In this document: one piece after another, positions 28,469-40,015 of the stretch
Layout of the letters: each line of letters opens with the position of its first letter
How positions within the stretch are numbered: the first letter of the stretch is position 1
NCBI GenBank assembly: GCA_965250285.1
Contig: OZ252299.1
Location: 96,001-160,000, forward strand
Direction: 5' to 3'
Length of the DNA stretch: 64,000 nt
Origin: Myxococcota bacterium
GTDB taxonomy: Bacteria; Myxococcota_A; UBA9160; UBA4427
Position numbers and translations under genes: made by a program
The notes under the pieces: model-generated
What the model saw: the letters and a program-made list of their open reading frames with translations, nothing else
Databases searched by the model: none
Told to the model about the DNA's origin: nothing

Positions 28469-29677
28469 ATGATCGACGCGCTCGTCGTGGTGGTCGCCGC
28501 GGTCGTCGGCGCCATGCTGGCGTTCTGGAAGCCGCTCAGTGCTTCGACGACCTGGCGGGCGACGGTCACACCGCTCGCGTCGATCATGGGCAGCGGCTTC
28601 CTCGTGAGCGCGCCGTTGCTCGGGGGCGCCGTCGGTGTCTACGCCGCCGCCTGCATGGCCGGCCTGCTTCTGCTCGCGTACGGCGTCGGCGAGGCCGTGC
28701 GGTTCAACATCGTGCACTTCGAACCTGTGGCCAGGCACGGGCACGGTGCGGCGCAGTCGCTCGCGCTGCTGTCGCGCTTCGTGCTCGCGGGCGCCTACTT
28801 CGTCTCGATCAGCTACTACCTGCAGCTGCTCGCGACCTTCGTGCTGCACTCGGCGGGGGTCGCGGCGGATCCCATGGCCGACATCGTCACGACGTCCCTG
28901 CTCGTGACCATCGGGGGCATCGGGATCGTCTGGGGCCTCAGGCGGCTGATCTCGGTCGAGCGATACGCCGTCGCGCTGAACCTGGGCATGATCGTCGCTC
29001 TGCTGGTCGGTCTCGCGCTCTACAACGTGCGGTTGCTGGTCGAGGGCCGCTGGCAATGGCCCGACGTCACCTCGGGGGTCGACTTCGCCGGTCTGCGCGT
29101 GTTGCTCGGGCTGCTGATCGTCGTGCAGGGGTTCGAGGCTTCGCGCTACCTCGGTGAGGCGTTCGACGCCGAGACACGGGTGCGGACGATGAAGCTCGCC
29201 CAGCTCATCTCGACCGTCATCTATCTGATCTTTCTGTCGCTGGCGACCGTGTTGTTCCACGACGGACTGGGCGCCGACGTCACGGCGATCATCGAGATGA
29301 CCGCCCCGGTCGCCCTCGTGCTGCCGATGCTGCTCACCGTGGCCGCCGTGGGCTCGCAGTTCAGCGCTGCGGTCGCCGACACCGAGGGCAGCGGCGGATT
29401 GATCGCCGAGCTCGGGGGTGGGCGCGTGACCAGCCGCCACGCCTACGCGCTGATCCTCGCGGTGACCGTCGCGCTGACCTGGGAGACCGACGTCGCGACC
29501 ATCATCGCGTACGCCTCGCGCGCCTTCGCGCTCTTCTACACGCTGCAGTGCGGCGTGGCGTTCGTGATGACGCGCCAGCTGGTGGATCTGCCCGGACGCA
29601 ACGCGAAGTCGCTGCTCTTCGCCGCGCTCACGGCGATGGCGCTGGCCGTGTTTCTGCTGGGGGTGCCGGCCGAGTAG
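28469..29677 (+). CDS. Multi-pass membrane protein, APC-like permease
   Basis: TPLASIMGSGFL, VQGFEASRYLG; many TM segments. Confidence 0.75.
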   Translation: MIDALVVVVAAVVGAMLAFWKPLSASTTWRATVTPLASIMGSGFLVSAPLLGGAVGVYAAACMAGLLLLAYGVGEAVRFNIVHFEPVARHGHGAAQSLALLSRFVLAGAYFVSISYYLQLLATFVLHSAGVAADPMADIVTTSLLVTIGGIGIVWGLRRLISVERYAVALNLGMIVALLVGLALYNVRLLVEGRWQWPDVTSGVDFAGLRVLLGLLIVVQGFEASRYLGEAFDAETRVRTMKLAQLISTVIYLIFLSLATVLFHDGLGADVTAIIEMTAPVALVLPMLLTVAAVGSQFSAAVADTEGSGGLIAELGGGRVTSRHAYALILAVTVALTWETDVATIIAYASRAFALFYTLQCGVAFVMTRQLVDLPGRNAKSLLFAALTAMALAVFLLGVPAE

Positions 29678-29686
29678 GTCGCGGCA

Positions 29687-32311
29687 TCACGGCGCCACGA
29701 GCGCCTCGGTGTAGGCATCGAGCCGAATCACCTGTCGTGCGACGCGCAGACAGTCTTCTCGACTGATCGCGAGCACTTCGTCGGCGTACCGCTCGTAGCT
29801 CTTCGGGCCGAGGCCGTAGAGATCGTCGAGCGACATGTGTGTGGCCAGGCTCGAGTTGCGCTGCAGGTCGATCGCGAAGTTGCCCGCGAGGTTCAGCCGC
29901 GCACGGTCGAGCTCGCCCTCGCTCGGCGCTGCCTCGAGCAGGCGCTCGAGCTCTTCGAAGATCCCGCGTCGCGCCGTCTCGAGCTTGTCGGGCGCCGTCC
30001 CGATGTACACGGCGAAGAAGCCCGGATGCACGCCTTCGACGTTCGTCGCGTTGACCGAGTAGGCGAGGCTCTGGCGGTCGCGCAGCTCGAGGAAGAGCCG
30101 GCCGCCCTGGCCCGCGAGCAGCTGCGAGATCACCTCGAGGGTGTGCCGGTCGGGATCGTCGACCGACAGTCCGCGGAAGCCGATCACCAGATGCGCCTGG
30201 GCGCGATCCTTGGCGATGTGGGCTTCGCGCACGCCGGGCCCGCGTGCCTCGAGCGCGACCTCGGGCAGCGCCGGGGCATCGGTGCGCAGGCCGCCGAGCC
30301 GATCCTGCCATGCGCGTGCGACGTGGTCGGGGTCGACGTCGCCCGAGACGGCGACGACCATGCCGGGCTTCGCGAGCAGGCGATCGTGGTGGGCGCGAAC
30401 CTGGGATGCGTCGAGAGACTCGGTCACCTTGCGGCGACCGATGAGCGGGAGCCGGTAGGGATGGGTCTCGAACTCGGTCTCGGCGAAGAGCATGAACGCG
30501 CGCTGGGCCAGCTGATCTTCGAGCCGATCGAACGCGGCGAGCGTTTCGCGCCGCTCGCGCTCGATCTCTTCGGGGTGGAAGCCCGGTTCGAGCGCGACCT
30601 CGGCGAAGAGGTCGAGCGCGCGGTCGAATGATGCACTGGTCGACTCGAGCGTGAGCCCACACGAGCTGCGACCCGAGAAGCCATCGACCTCGGCGGCGAG
30701 GTCTTCGATCGCGCTCGCGAAGTCGGCGGCGCTGCGCTTCGCCGTGCCCCGCGTCCACATCGAAGCGAGGAAGCTGCCGAGACCGGCGTTGCTCTCGTCT
30801 TCGGCGAGCAGCCCGCCGTGTGCGACGGCGCGCAGCGCAACGACCGGCACCGAGCGGCGCGGCAAGACGTGCAAACGCAGGCCGTCGAGATCGAACGTCT
30901 CGATCTGCGTCGCATCGCCGCCCCCCGCCGCGCTGGCCTCGCCGCCCCCGGCGCGAGTGGTGCCGTTCGAGCGCGGTGCGGCGATCGCGGCCTCGGGCAG
31001 CGCGCGGCGCGCACGATCGAAGCCGGCGCGCACGGCCGATTCGAGCGCCGCGGCGTCGAGTCGGTCGTGATCGGTGTCGGGGATCAGGGCCGCAGCGACC
31101 AGCTCTTCGGGGTCGAGATAGGTCTGCGCGACGCGAAGCAGATCGTCGGTGGTCGCGCGGCCGAGCGCCTCGAAATAGTCGGCCTCGCTCTGCCAGCCAT
31201 CGCCCAAGACCTGAAAGTGTCCGAGCTTGCTCGCCAGCCCCGACACACTCTCGCGTTCGAAGTGTTCGCTCGCGAGAAAGTTCGCCCGGGCCCGCTCGAG
31301 TTCTGCCTGCGAGACCGGCTCGCGGCGCAGGCGCTCGACCTGGTCGGCCACCGCCTCGAGCGCGCCGCGGACCCGCGCCTCATCGGTCTCGAGGCCGATC
31401 GTGAAGAGCCCACGATCGAGCGGCGTGTACGACGAAGCGTCGATGCGATCGGCGAGGCCGGCCTGATCCTTCACGTCCCGAACCAGTCGACTCGACTCGC
31501 ACTCCCCGAGCAGATAGGCGAGCAGGTCGAGGTGCACGGCGTCTTCGTCGCGGAAGCGCGCCGACGGCCACGCCAGCTCGACCCGTTGCCCCTCGAAGGG
31601 CCGGCGCTCGACGACCGCCTTCAGGCCGCGATGCGGCGACTCGTGGGTGCGGGCGCGCTCCGCATCGCCGGGCGCCGCGTCCCCGAAGCGCGCGACGATC
31701 GCGTCGCGCACCGCCGACTTGTCGAAGTCGCCGGCGGCGACCACGACGAGATTGTCGGGGCGGTACCAGCGGTCGAAGAAGCGCATCACCTTCGCGCGAT
31801 CGAACGCGGCCACGTTCTCGGGCGGGCCGAGGATCGGCGCACCGTACGGATGCTCGCGATACGCCTCTTTGAAGGTCAGGTCGCTCAGCACGTGGCCGGG
31901 GTGGTCTTCGCTGCGCCGGATCTCTTCGAGCACGACCTCGCGTTCGCGCTGCACCTCGTCCGAATCGAAGACCGAGTGCAAGATCGCATCGGAGAGCACG
32001 TCGAGGCCGACGGGCAGCGCCGAGCTCGGCAGCGTGGCGTAGTACACGGTGACGTCGAAGCTCGTGTACGCGTTGATGCGTCCGCCCGCGCCCTCGACTT
32101 CACCCGCGACCGCGCCGACGCCCCGCGTCGGTGTGCCCTTGAAGAGCATGTGCTCGTGAAAGTGGGCGAGGCCGCCCTCGCCGGCGCGCTCGTCCGCCGA
32201 GCCCACGCGGGCCCAGATCTGGAGGTTGGCGACCGGCGCGCGGTGCGTCTCGCGCAGCAGAATCGTGAGCCCGTTGTCGAGCGTCTCGTGAAGGATTTCG
32301 CTGTGATCCAA
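29687..32311 (-). CDS. M16 (pitrilysin/insulinase) zinc peptidase
   Basis: GLAHFHEHMLFKGT, INAYTSFD, second half ELRDRQSLAY. Confidence 0.93.
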   Translation of the reverse strand: MDHSEILHETLDNGLTILLRETHRAPVANLQIWARVGSADERAGEGGLAHFHEHMLFKGTPTRGVGAVAGEVEGAGGRINAYTSFDVTVYYATLPSSALPVGLDVLSDAILHSVFDSDEVQREREVVLEEIRRSEDHPGHVLSDLTFKEAYREHPYGAPILGPPENVAAFDRAKVMRFFDRWYRPDNLVVVAAGDFDKSAVRDAIVARFGDAAPGDAERARTHESPHRGLKAVVERRPFEGQRVELAWPSARFRDEDAVHLDLLAYLLGECESSRLVRDVKDQAGLADRIDASSYTPLDRGLFTIGLETDEARVRGALEAVADQVERLRREPVSQAELERARANFLASEHFERESVSGLASKLGHFQVLGDGWQSEADYFEALGRATTDDLLRVAQTYLDPEELVAAALIPDTDHDRLDAAALESAVRAGFDRARRALPEAAIAAPRSNGTTRAGGGEASAAGGGDATQIETFDLDGLRLHVLPRRSVPVVALRAVAHGGLLAEDESNAGLGSFLASMWTRGTAKRSAADFASAIEDLAAEVDGFSGRSSCGLTLESTSASFDRALDLFAEVALEPGFHPEEIERERRETLAAFDRLEDQLAQRAFMLFAETEFETHPYRLPLIGRRKVTESLDASQVRAHHDRLLAKPGMVVAVSGDVDPDHVARAWQDRLGGLRTDAPALPEVALEARGPGVREAHIAKDRAQAHLVIGFRGLSVDDPDRHTLEVISQLLAGQGGRLFLELRDRQSLAYSVNATNVEGVHPGFFAVYIGTAPDKLETARRGIFEELERLLEAAPSEGELDRARLNLAGNFAIDLQRNSSLATHMSLDDLYGLGPKSYERYADEVLAISREDCLRVARQVIRLDAYTEALVAP

Positions 32312-32421
32312 GGCCGCGGCAGGGTACCCGAGGGCCGCGGGGGCTGCCCCTCGGTTGCGGCTTCGTTCGGGCGGGCCGCACGGTGAGACAGCGCCCTCGG
32401 CGCGGCTACGCTCGCCTCGTC

Positions 32422-33615
32422 ATGACGCTTGGACGAGACGACGGGCGAGTCGGCGTGTACCTCCATGTGCCCTTCTGCGACCGGGTCTGCCCCTACTGCG
32501 ACTTCGCGGTCGTGGCCGCGCGCGGCGGCCCCGAGGCCGACGTCGAAGATCGATACGTGAAAGCCCTCGAGGCCGAACTCGCCGCGCGCGCCGACGCGTT
32601 CGCCGGCCGCGGCCTCGCGAGCCTCTATCTGGGGGGCGGGACGCCTGCGCTGCTTCGCCCCGATTCGATCGCGCGCCTGGTCGAGCGGGTGCGACAGACC
32701 TTTCACCGCGCCGGCGAAGGCCCCGGCGAGATCACCCTCGAGGTGAACCCGAGCACCGTCGAGCGTGAGCGTTTGTCCGGATTTCGAGCGGCGGGCGTCA
32801 CGCGGCTCTCGGTGGGCGTGCAGAGCTTCGACGACGAGGTGCTGAGGCGTCTGGGCCGAGCCCATCGCAGCATCGAGGCCGATCGCACACTCGACGCCGC
32901 GCGGGCTGCGGGCTTCGAAGACGTCTCGGTCGATCTCATGTTCGCCGTCCCGGGCCAGACGCTCGAGACGATCGTTGCCGATCTGCAACGCCTCGCGCGG
33001 CATCGACCCGAGCACGCGTCGACCTACGAGCTGGTGGTCGAAGCGGGGACCCCCTTTGCGACCGCCGCCGAGCGCGGTCAGCTCGCGGCGTTCGACGCCG
33101 ACGTCGCGGCCGACATGCTCGACCGGCTCGAGGCGGGTCTCGCCGACCTCGGGCTGCAGCGCTACGAGCTGACGAACTACGCGCGCCCGGGCCACGCGTC
33201 GGTGCACAACCGCCGGTACTGGGCGCGGCAGCCGGTGCTCGGGCTCGGCGTCGGGGCCTGGTCGTTCGATCCGCCGGGCCCGGACGCACCGTACGGCGCG
33301 CGCCCGGCGAACCCCCGCGCCCTCGGCGCGTGGCAGTCGGCTGTGGAGGCGGGGGCGCCGGCCGCCGAGCGCGTCGACGTGCCCGACCGGCGCGAGGCGA
33401 TGGGCGAGGCAGTCTTCCTCGCGCTGCGCTGCCGCGACGGCCTCGATCCGGCGGATTTCGAGCGCGAGTTCGGGGCGACGCTCGAGCACGCCTTCGAAGC
33501 CGAGCTCGAAGAGCTGGTCCGCCTCGGCTGGCTCGAGGGCGGGGGCGGCGAGCCGTGGCGGCTCACCGCCGCAGGGCGCATGTGGGCCGACGCGGTCGGC
33601 AGTCGTTTCGTCTGA
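32422..33615 (+). CDS. hemW: Radical SAM heme chaperone HemW
   Basis: YLHVPFCDRVCPYCDF, GGGTP, HNRRYW; directly upstream of hrcA. Confidence 0.9.
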   Translation: MTLGRDDGRVGVYLHVPFCDRVCPYCDFAVVAARGGPEADVEDRYVKALEAELAARADAFAGRGLASLYLGGGTPALLRPDSIARLVERVRQTFHRAGEGPGEITLEVNPSTVERERLSGFRAAGVTRLSVGVQSFDDEVLRRLGRAHRSIEADRTLDAARAAGFEDVSVDLMFAVPGQTLETIVADLQRLARHRPEHASTYELVVEAGTPFATAAERGQLAAFDADVAADMLDRLEAGLADLGLQRYELTNYARPGHASVHNRRYWARQPVLGLGVGAWSFDPPGPDAPYGARPANPRALGAWQSAVEAGAPAAERVDVPDRREAMGEAVFLALRCRDGLDPADFEREFGATLEHAFEAELEELVRLGWLEGGGGEPWRLTAAGRMWADAVGSRFV

Positions 33616-33724
33616 GCCGCGGCACGGCGCCCTCGGGCCGGGGCGCGTCGACTCGGCCCACCCCCGGGTCGTGAGCCGCCGATTCACGACAACGGCGGTG
33701 GACATCCAGGGGTCGGGGACGAGA

Positions 33725-33753
33725 TTGACTCGCCTTCGGCCGGATGGTAGATA
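33725..33753 (+). promoter_or_regulatory. Putative sigma70 promoter for hrcA-grpE-dnaK
   Basis: TTGACT-17 nt-TAGATA with a TG extension. Confidence 0.55.
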
Positions 33754-33808
33754 AGTATCCGGAAATCATCGGACTTTTCGGAGAGAGGACGCCCGGTTCG
33801 GGCCCGAG

Positions 33809-34918
33809 ATGCGCACCGATCGCCCCGACGAGAACCGCCGATGGGCGGCCCCTGCCGCGGCCGCCGACGAATTCGAGCTCGACGACCGTCAGGCGCTCGT
33901 GTTGCGCTCGCTCGTCTCGGCCTACATCGCCGATGGCGCCCCCGTCTCGTCGGGCACGCTCTCGCATCTGCTGCCCGTCTCGCTCTCGAGCGCCTCGATT
34001 CGGTCGACCCTCGCCCAGCTCGCCGATCTCGGGCTCGTCGATCAGCCGCACACGAGTGCGGGCCGCATCCCGAGCGATGCGGGGCTGCGCGTCTTCCTCG
34101 ACCGACTGTTCGATCCCGCCGACATCAGCGACTACGAGCGTCGGGCCCTCGAAGAACGGGTCGACGCGCCGGAGGGGGAGCCGATCCTGCGCGTCGTCTC
34201 GCAGGTGCTCTCGGATCGCACGCGTCAGATCGGCTTTGCCCTCGAGCCGGTCGTCGAACGCTTGCCGCTCACCCACGTGACACTCGTGCGTGTCTCGACC
34301 GAGCGGGTGCTCGTGGTGCTCGTGGCCGCCAACGGTCAGGTTACGCAACGGACGATCGAAGAACGGGGCGACGGCGACCAGCGCGAGCTCGATCAGATGG
34401 CACGGGCGCTCAACGAGCGGCTGAGTGGTCGGACGCTCGGGCAGGTGCACGCCGTGCTCCGGGCCGAGATCGAGCGGCTGCGAGATCAAGCCGATCGCCT
34501 GCTCAAGCGCGCGCTCACGCTCGGCTTGCGCGCGCTCGACGCGGGGGCCTTCACGTCGAGCGACCTGGTGGTCGCAACGCGGCTCGCGATCCTCGATCAG
34601 CCCGAGTTCGCCGACCCGGCCCGCATCAGGGCGATGCTGTCGGCGCTCGAGACACACGAGCGACTGATCGAGGTGCTCGAGCAGATCATCGACAGCGACG
34701 GCTTCACCGTGTCGCTCGGCGACGACCTGGCCGAGTCGGGGCTGCGCGGCTGCGCAATGGTCGCCGTGCCGTACGGTCGGAGCCGCCCAGGCGGCGGCGA
34801 CGAGGGTGGGGCGCTCGGCGTCGTCGGTGTGATCGGGCCGAACCGCATGGACTACTCACGCATCGTTCCGGTCGTCAGCTACTGCTCGAGTCTTGTGACG
34901 CGCAGGCTGCAGTCATGA
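33809..34918 (+). CDS. hrcA: Heat-inducible transcription repressor
   Basis: SSASIRSTLAQL, QPHTSAGRIPS, GVIGPNRMDY. Confidence 0.92.
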   Translation: MRTDRPDENRRWAAPAAAADEFELDDRQALVLRSLVSAYIADGAPVSSGTLSHLLPVSLSSASIRSTLAQLADLGLVDQPHTSAGRIPSDAGLRVFLDRLFDPADISDYERRALEERVDAPEGEPILRVVSQVLSDRTRQIGFALEPVVERLPLTHVTLVRVSTERVLVVLVAANGQVTQRTIEERGDGDQRELDQMARALNERLSGRTLGQVHAVLRAEIERLRDQADRLLKRALTLGLRALDAGAFTSSDLVVATRLAILDQPEFADPARIRAMLSALETHERLIEVLEQIIDSDGFTVSLGDDLAESGLRGCAMVAVPYGRSRPGGGDEGGALGVVGVIGPNRMDYSRIVPVVSYCSSLVTRRLQS

Positions 34919-35075
34919 CCCGCTCAGGGCTGCGCAGCGCATGTGCACATCGGCCGGCGTCTCCGCGCCCGTGCACGAATTCACCACAAACCCCAACGCT
35001 CGAGCGAGCGTTTGACCGATACCCGAACCCGAGTGTGAGCAGCCTGGCTCGCCTCGCGACCGAGAGATTCGCTTC

Positions 35076-35783
35076 GTGACGAAGAATTCGAGTGAGAATG
35101 GAGCCGAGGTCGACCCGAGCGCGCCCGAAGAGGGCCCGCAGCTCACGGGCACTGAAGAGCTCGAAGCCGCTCTGCAGGCGGCGATCGATAGCAAGGACGC
35201 TCGGGACGCCGAGACCGGCACCGCGGAGGGGGGAGATGCCCCCATGTCGATGGACAAAGTGACGATCGAGGCGCTGTCGACCGAGCTCCAGGAGCTGAAG
35301 GTCGCCTACGAGGAGCGCGGCGCCGAGGTCGAAGCCGCGAAGGATCGACATCTGCGTCTTCAGGCCGAGTTCGAGAACTTCCGGCGACGTTCGCTCAAGG
35401 AAAAGCAGGAGACCGCGCTCTATGGACCCCAGAATCTCGTCAAGGATCTCCTGACGACGGTCGATAATCTGGAGCGCGCGATCGAACACTCGGAGCAGAG
35501 TGGCGACGCGGACTTGAAGAGCCTCTTGCAAGGCGTCGAGCTGGTGCAGCGCGAGCTGATCGGCAGCCTTGCCAACCACGGCGTGAATGTCGTGGAGGCC
35601 GATGGCCAGCCCTTCGATCCCGCCGTTCACGAAGCGATGGGTCAGCTCCCGACCGACGACGTTCCGCCGAATACCGTCGTCGAGGTCTTGCAGAAGGGTT
35701 ACCTGCTGCGGGACAGGCTGCTCCGCCCGGCCCGAGTGATCGTTTCGGCACCCGCTGCGGGGGGCAGCGGCGGCAACGGGTAG
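35076..35783 (+). CDS. grpE: Nucleotide exchange factor
   Basis: AEFENFRRR, FDPAVHEAM, QKGYLLRDRLLRPARV. Confidence 0.95.
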   Translation: MTKNSSENGAEVDPSAPEEGPQLTGTEELEAALQAAIDSKDARDAETGTAEGGDAPMSMDKVTIEALSTELQELKVAYEERGAEVEAAKDRHLRLQAEFENFRRRSLKEKQETALYGPQNLVKDLLTTVDNLERAIEHSEQSGDADLKSLLQGVELVQRELIGSLANHGVNVVEADGQPFDPAVHEAMGQLPTDDVPPNTVVEVLQKGYLLRDRLLRPARVIVSAPAAGGSGGNG

Positions 35784-35840
35784 CAACCCTGCCCGAGGCC
35801 GAGTCTCCCCCACGATCAGGCTGGGGGGTGGCACTGCCAC

Positions 35841-37661
<1,821 letters not shown>

Positions 37662-37781
37662 CCCCCCGATCCCTCACTTCGAAGCTTCGACTCGGCTCGC
37701 GGTGCGATCACCCCGGGCGGTCCACACGTATGCGGGGGGCACGACGCGCGCCCTCGGGCAGACGATCGGTCGGAGCGCGAG

Positions 37782-39125
37782 CTAGAGGCCGAGCGCTTCG
37801 CGCGTCGCGGCGATGCGGTGCTTGAGCCACTCGACCTCGTAGTGGTTGACGTCCCCGCTTCGTTGGAGCAGCAGCTCGAGGGCCGCCAGCCGCGCCTCGA
37901 GGGCGCGCCTCTGCCCCGGCTCGGCGGCGAGTGACATCTCGGCGAAGTGGAGCGCCCGCTCGGGCTCGCCCCGCTCGATGCTCGCGACCGCGAGGTCGGC
38001 GACCGCCTGAGGACCGCCGGCCGCCTCGGTGATCTCGGCGTAGACATCACGTGCGGGCACGTCGTAGAGCTCCGTCGTCGAGTCGAGGTGAAACCAGCCG
38101 AGATAGGCGTCGTAGATGCTGCGCACGCCCCACGAGACCTTGCCATGCACCTCGGGCACGGCGATCTCCTCGGGCAGCGTGATCTCGCGCATCATCGTCT
38201 CGACGCTCTTGCCGTCGTTGATGCCCTCGATGACGGCGTCGTGCACGTAGACCACGGCGTCGCGCATGCGGGTGATGCCCTCGCGGATGCGCTCGCGCCC
38301 CTCGATCGGTTCGAAGTGACTCGGTACGAGCATCACGGGATCGAGCTCGAGGATGCGGTTCAGGCTGTCGACGTAGGGCATCGCGAAGCGCGCCCGCTCG
38401 CCCCGAATCGTCGTGAGGTTCGGCCACATCGGGAAGATGTGGCCCCAGAGGTCGCCTGTGAAGAGGATCTTCTGGTCGGGCAGCCATACCGCGAGCCCAT
38501 CCGCGCCCTCGGCGCCCGGCATCGACAGGACCTCGAAGCGGACGCCGCCCTGCTCGAAGTCGTAGCGGTCGTAGACGAGTCGCGTCGGCTCGATGGTGGG
38601 ATACGACGCGGCGAGCGCGAAGCTCGGCAGATTCGGCACGTCGTCGGGGAAGAAGATCTTGTTGCGCTCCATCAACGTCGGCGCCAGTGCCTTGAGGTAC
38701 GTCTGGTTGTGCGGGAACTGCGCGTGGACGATCACCTCGGTGTCGTCTTCGAGGAACGTATCGGTCGCACCGTAGTGATCAGCGTGGGCGTGTGTCGCGA
38801 TCACATGAGTGAAGGGCAGGTCGTTGACCTTCTTGAGATAGTGCGGCACGCCGCCGCCGAGCTGCGGCAACCCGGTATCGATGACGACATTGCCCTCGCT
38901 CGTGACCACCATGTTTGCGTTGGCGGTCGCGCGCGCCTGGTAGACGATGTCATGGATCTGCACCGCCGCGTCGAGATCGCGCCCGAACTGCTTGAGATCC
39001 CGCGTCATCTGGCTCGCGGCACCAGCAGGCGCGTCGCTCTCTTGCGCTTGCTTCGGTTCGTCTTCGCAGCCTGCGAGGGCGATCGCCAGCACGAGAACCG
39101 ACGCGGTCGAGAGGACGCGGATCAT
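37782..39125 (-). CDS. MBL-fold hydrolase, alkyl sulfatase-like lipoprotein
   Basis: LAGC lipobox, THAHADH, PNLTTIRG, YLGWF. Confidence 0.8.
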   Translation of the reverse strand: MIRVLSTASVLVLAIALAGCEDEPKQAQESDAPAGAASQMTRDLKQFGRDLDAAVQIHDIVYQARATANANMVVTSEGNVVIDTGLPQLGGGVPHYLKKVNDLPFTHVIATHAHADHYGATDTFLEDDTEVIVHAQFPHNQTYLKALAPTLMERNKIFFPDDVPNLPSFALAASYPTIEPTRLVYDRYDFEQGGVRFEVLSMPGAEGADGLAVWLPDQKILFTGDLWGHIFPMWPNLTTIRGERARFAMPYVDSLNRILELDPVMLVPSHFEPIEGRERIREGITRMRDAVVYVHDAVIEGINDGKSVETMMREITLPEEIAVPEVHGKVSWGVRSIYDAYLGWFHLDSTTELYDVPARDVYAEITEAAGGPQAVADLAVASIERGEPERALHFAEMSLAAEPGQRRALEARLAALELLLQRSGDVNHYEVEWLKHRIAATREALGL

Positions 39126-39181
39126 GGGTGGGCTCCTGGCGGTGTGTGGCTCGAAGCGGTGGCGGCGTGTCCGGCCGGTTC

Positions 39182-39883
39182 TCAGTGCGCGTCGCCGCGT
39201 GCGGCCCGTCTCGTTTCTTCAGAGGCATGGGTCGAGAGCACCGCGACGATCGAGTCGATGACGCTCTCGGCGGTGGCTTCGATGGTCGCTCCGGCGAGCA
39301 GCTGTGGGTTCTGTCGTGCGACGCGGGCATAGTCGGCGAACGTGTGAAAGAGCAGCCCCAGGACGGTGAGGGCGCGGACGAAACGCAGTTCATCGGGCAC
39401 GGGCTTCGCGGCCCAGGTGGCGTGAGACCACAGGCGGCTCGTCGACTCGTGGGCGTCGGTCGCCCGTTCGATCGTTCGGAATTCGGGATGCCCGATCAGC
39501 TGCGCCCGCACCTGCACGAACGCGAGACCGCCATCCTGATTCGACATCAGCTCGGCGATCGGGAGCACCAGCACCCGCACGATGTCGCGAAGGCCGGGCT
39601 CTTCCATCGCCTCGAGCTCGTCGAGGAGCTCGGTACGGCGCCGATGGACGAAGCGGCGGTGCTTTTGCAGGATCGCTTCGAGCAGGCCGTGCTTGTTGCC
39701 GAAGTGGTACTGCACCGCCGTCCGGTTGCGCTGGTTCGCTTCACGGTTGATCTCGCTCAGCGACACGGCGTCGATGCCGCGCTCGGCGAACAGACGCTCC
39801 GCGACGGCGACGATCCGCGCACGGGTCGCGATCGCGTCTTGTCGCTTCGGGTCGCTCGTTCTGGCCGTTGCGGTGGGACTCAC
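39182..39883 (-). CDS. TetR/AcrR regulator
   Basis: AERLFAERGIDAVSLSEI...AVQYHFGNK. Confidence 0.9.
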   Translation of the reverse strand: MSPTATARTSDPKRQDAIATRARIVAVAERLFAERGIDAVSLSEINREANQRNRTAVQYHFGNKHGLLEAILQKHRRFVHRRRTELLDELEAMEEPGLRDIVRVLVLPIAELMSNQDGGLAFVQVRAQLIGHPEFRTIERATDAHESTSRLWSHATWAAKPVPDELRFVRALTVLGLLFHTFADYARVARQNPQLLAGATIEATAESVIDSIVAVLSTHASEETRRAARGDAH

Positions 39884-40015
39884 GGCAGGGTCTGACTCCT
39901 TCGCCCCGCGGAATCGGGGAGCGCTTCATTCTAATCGATACGCGGTCCGTCTCGAAGGCTGCGCGAGTCAGGCGTTCGGTGAGGCGCGTCACCGGCGCGA
40001 GGGCGGCCCGGCGCG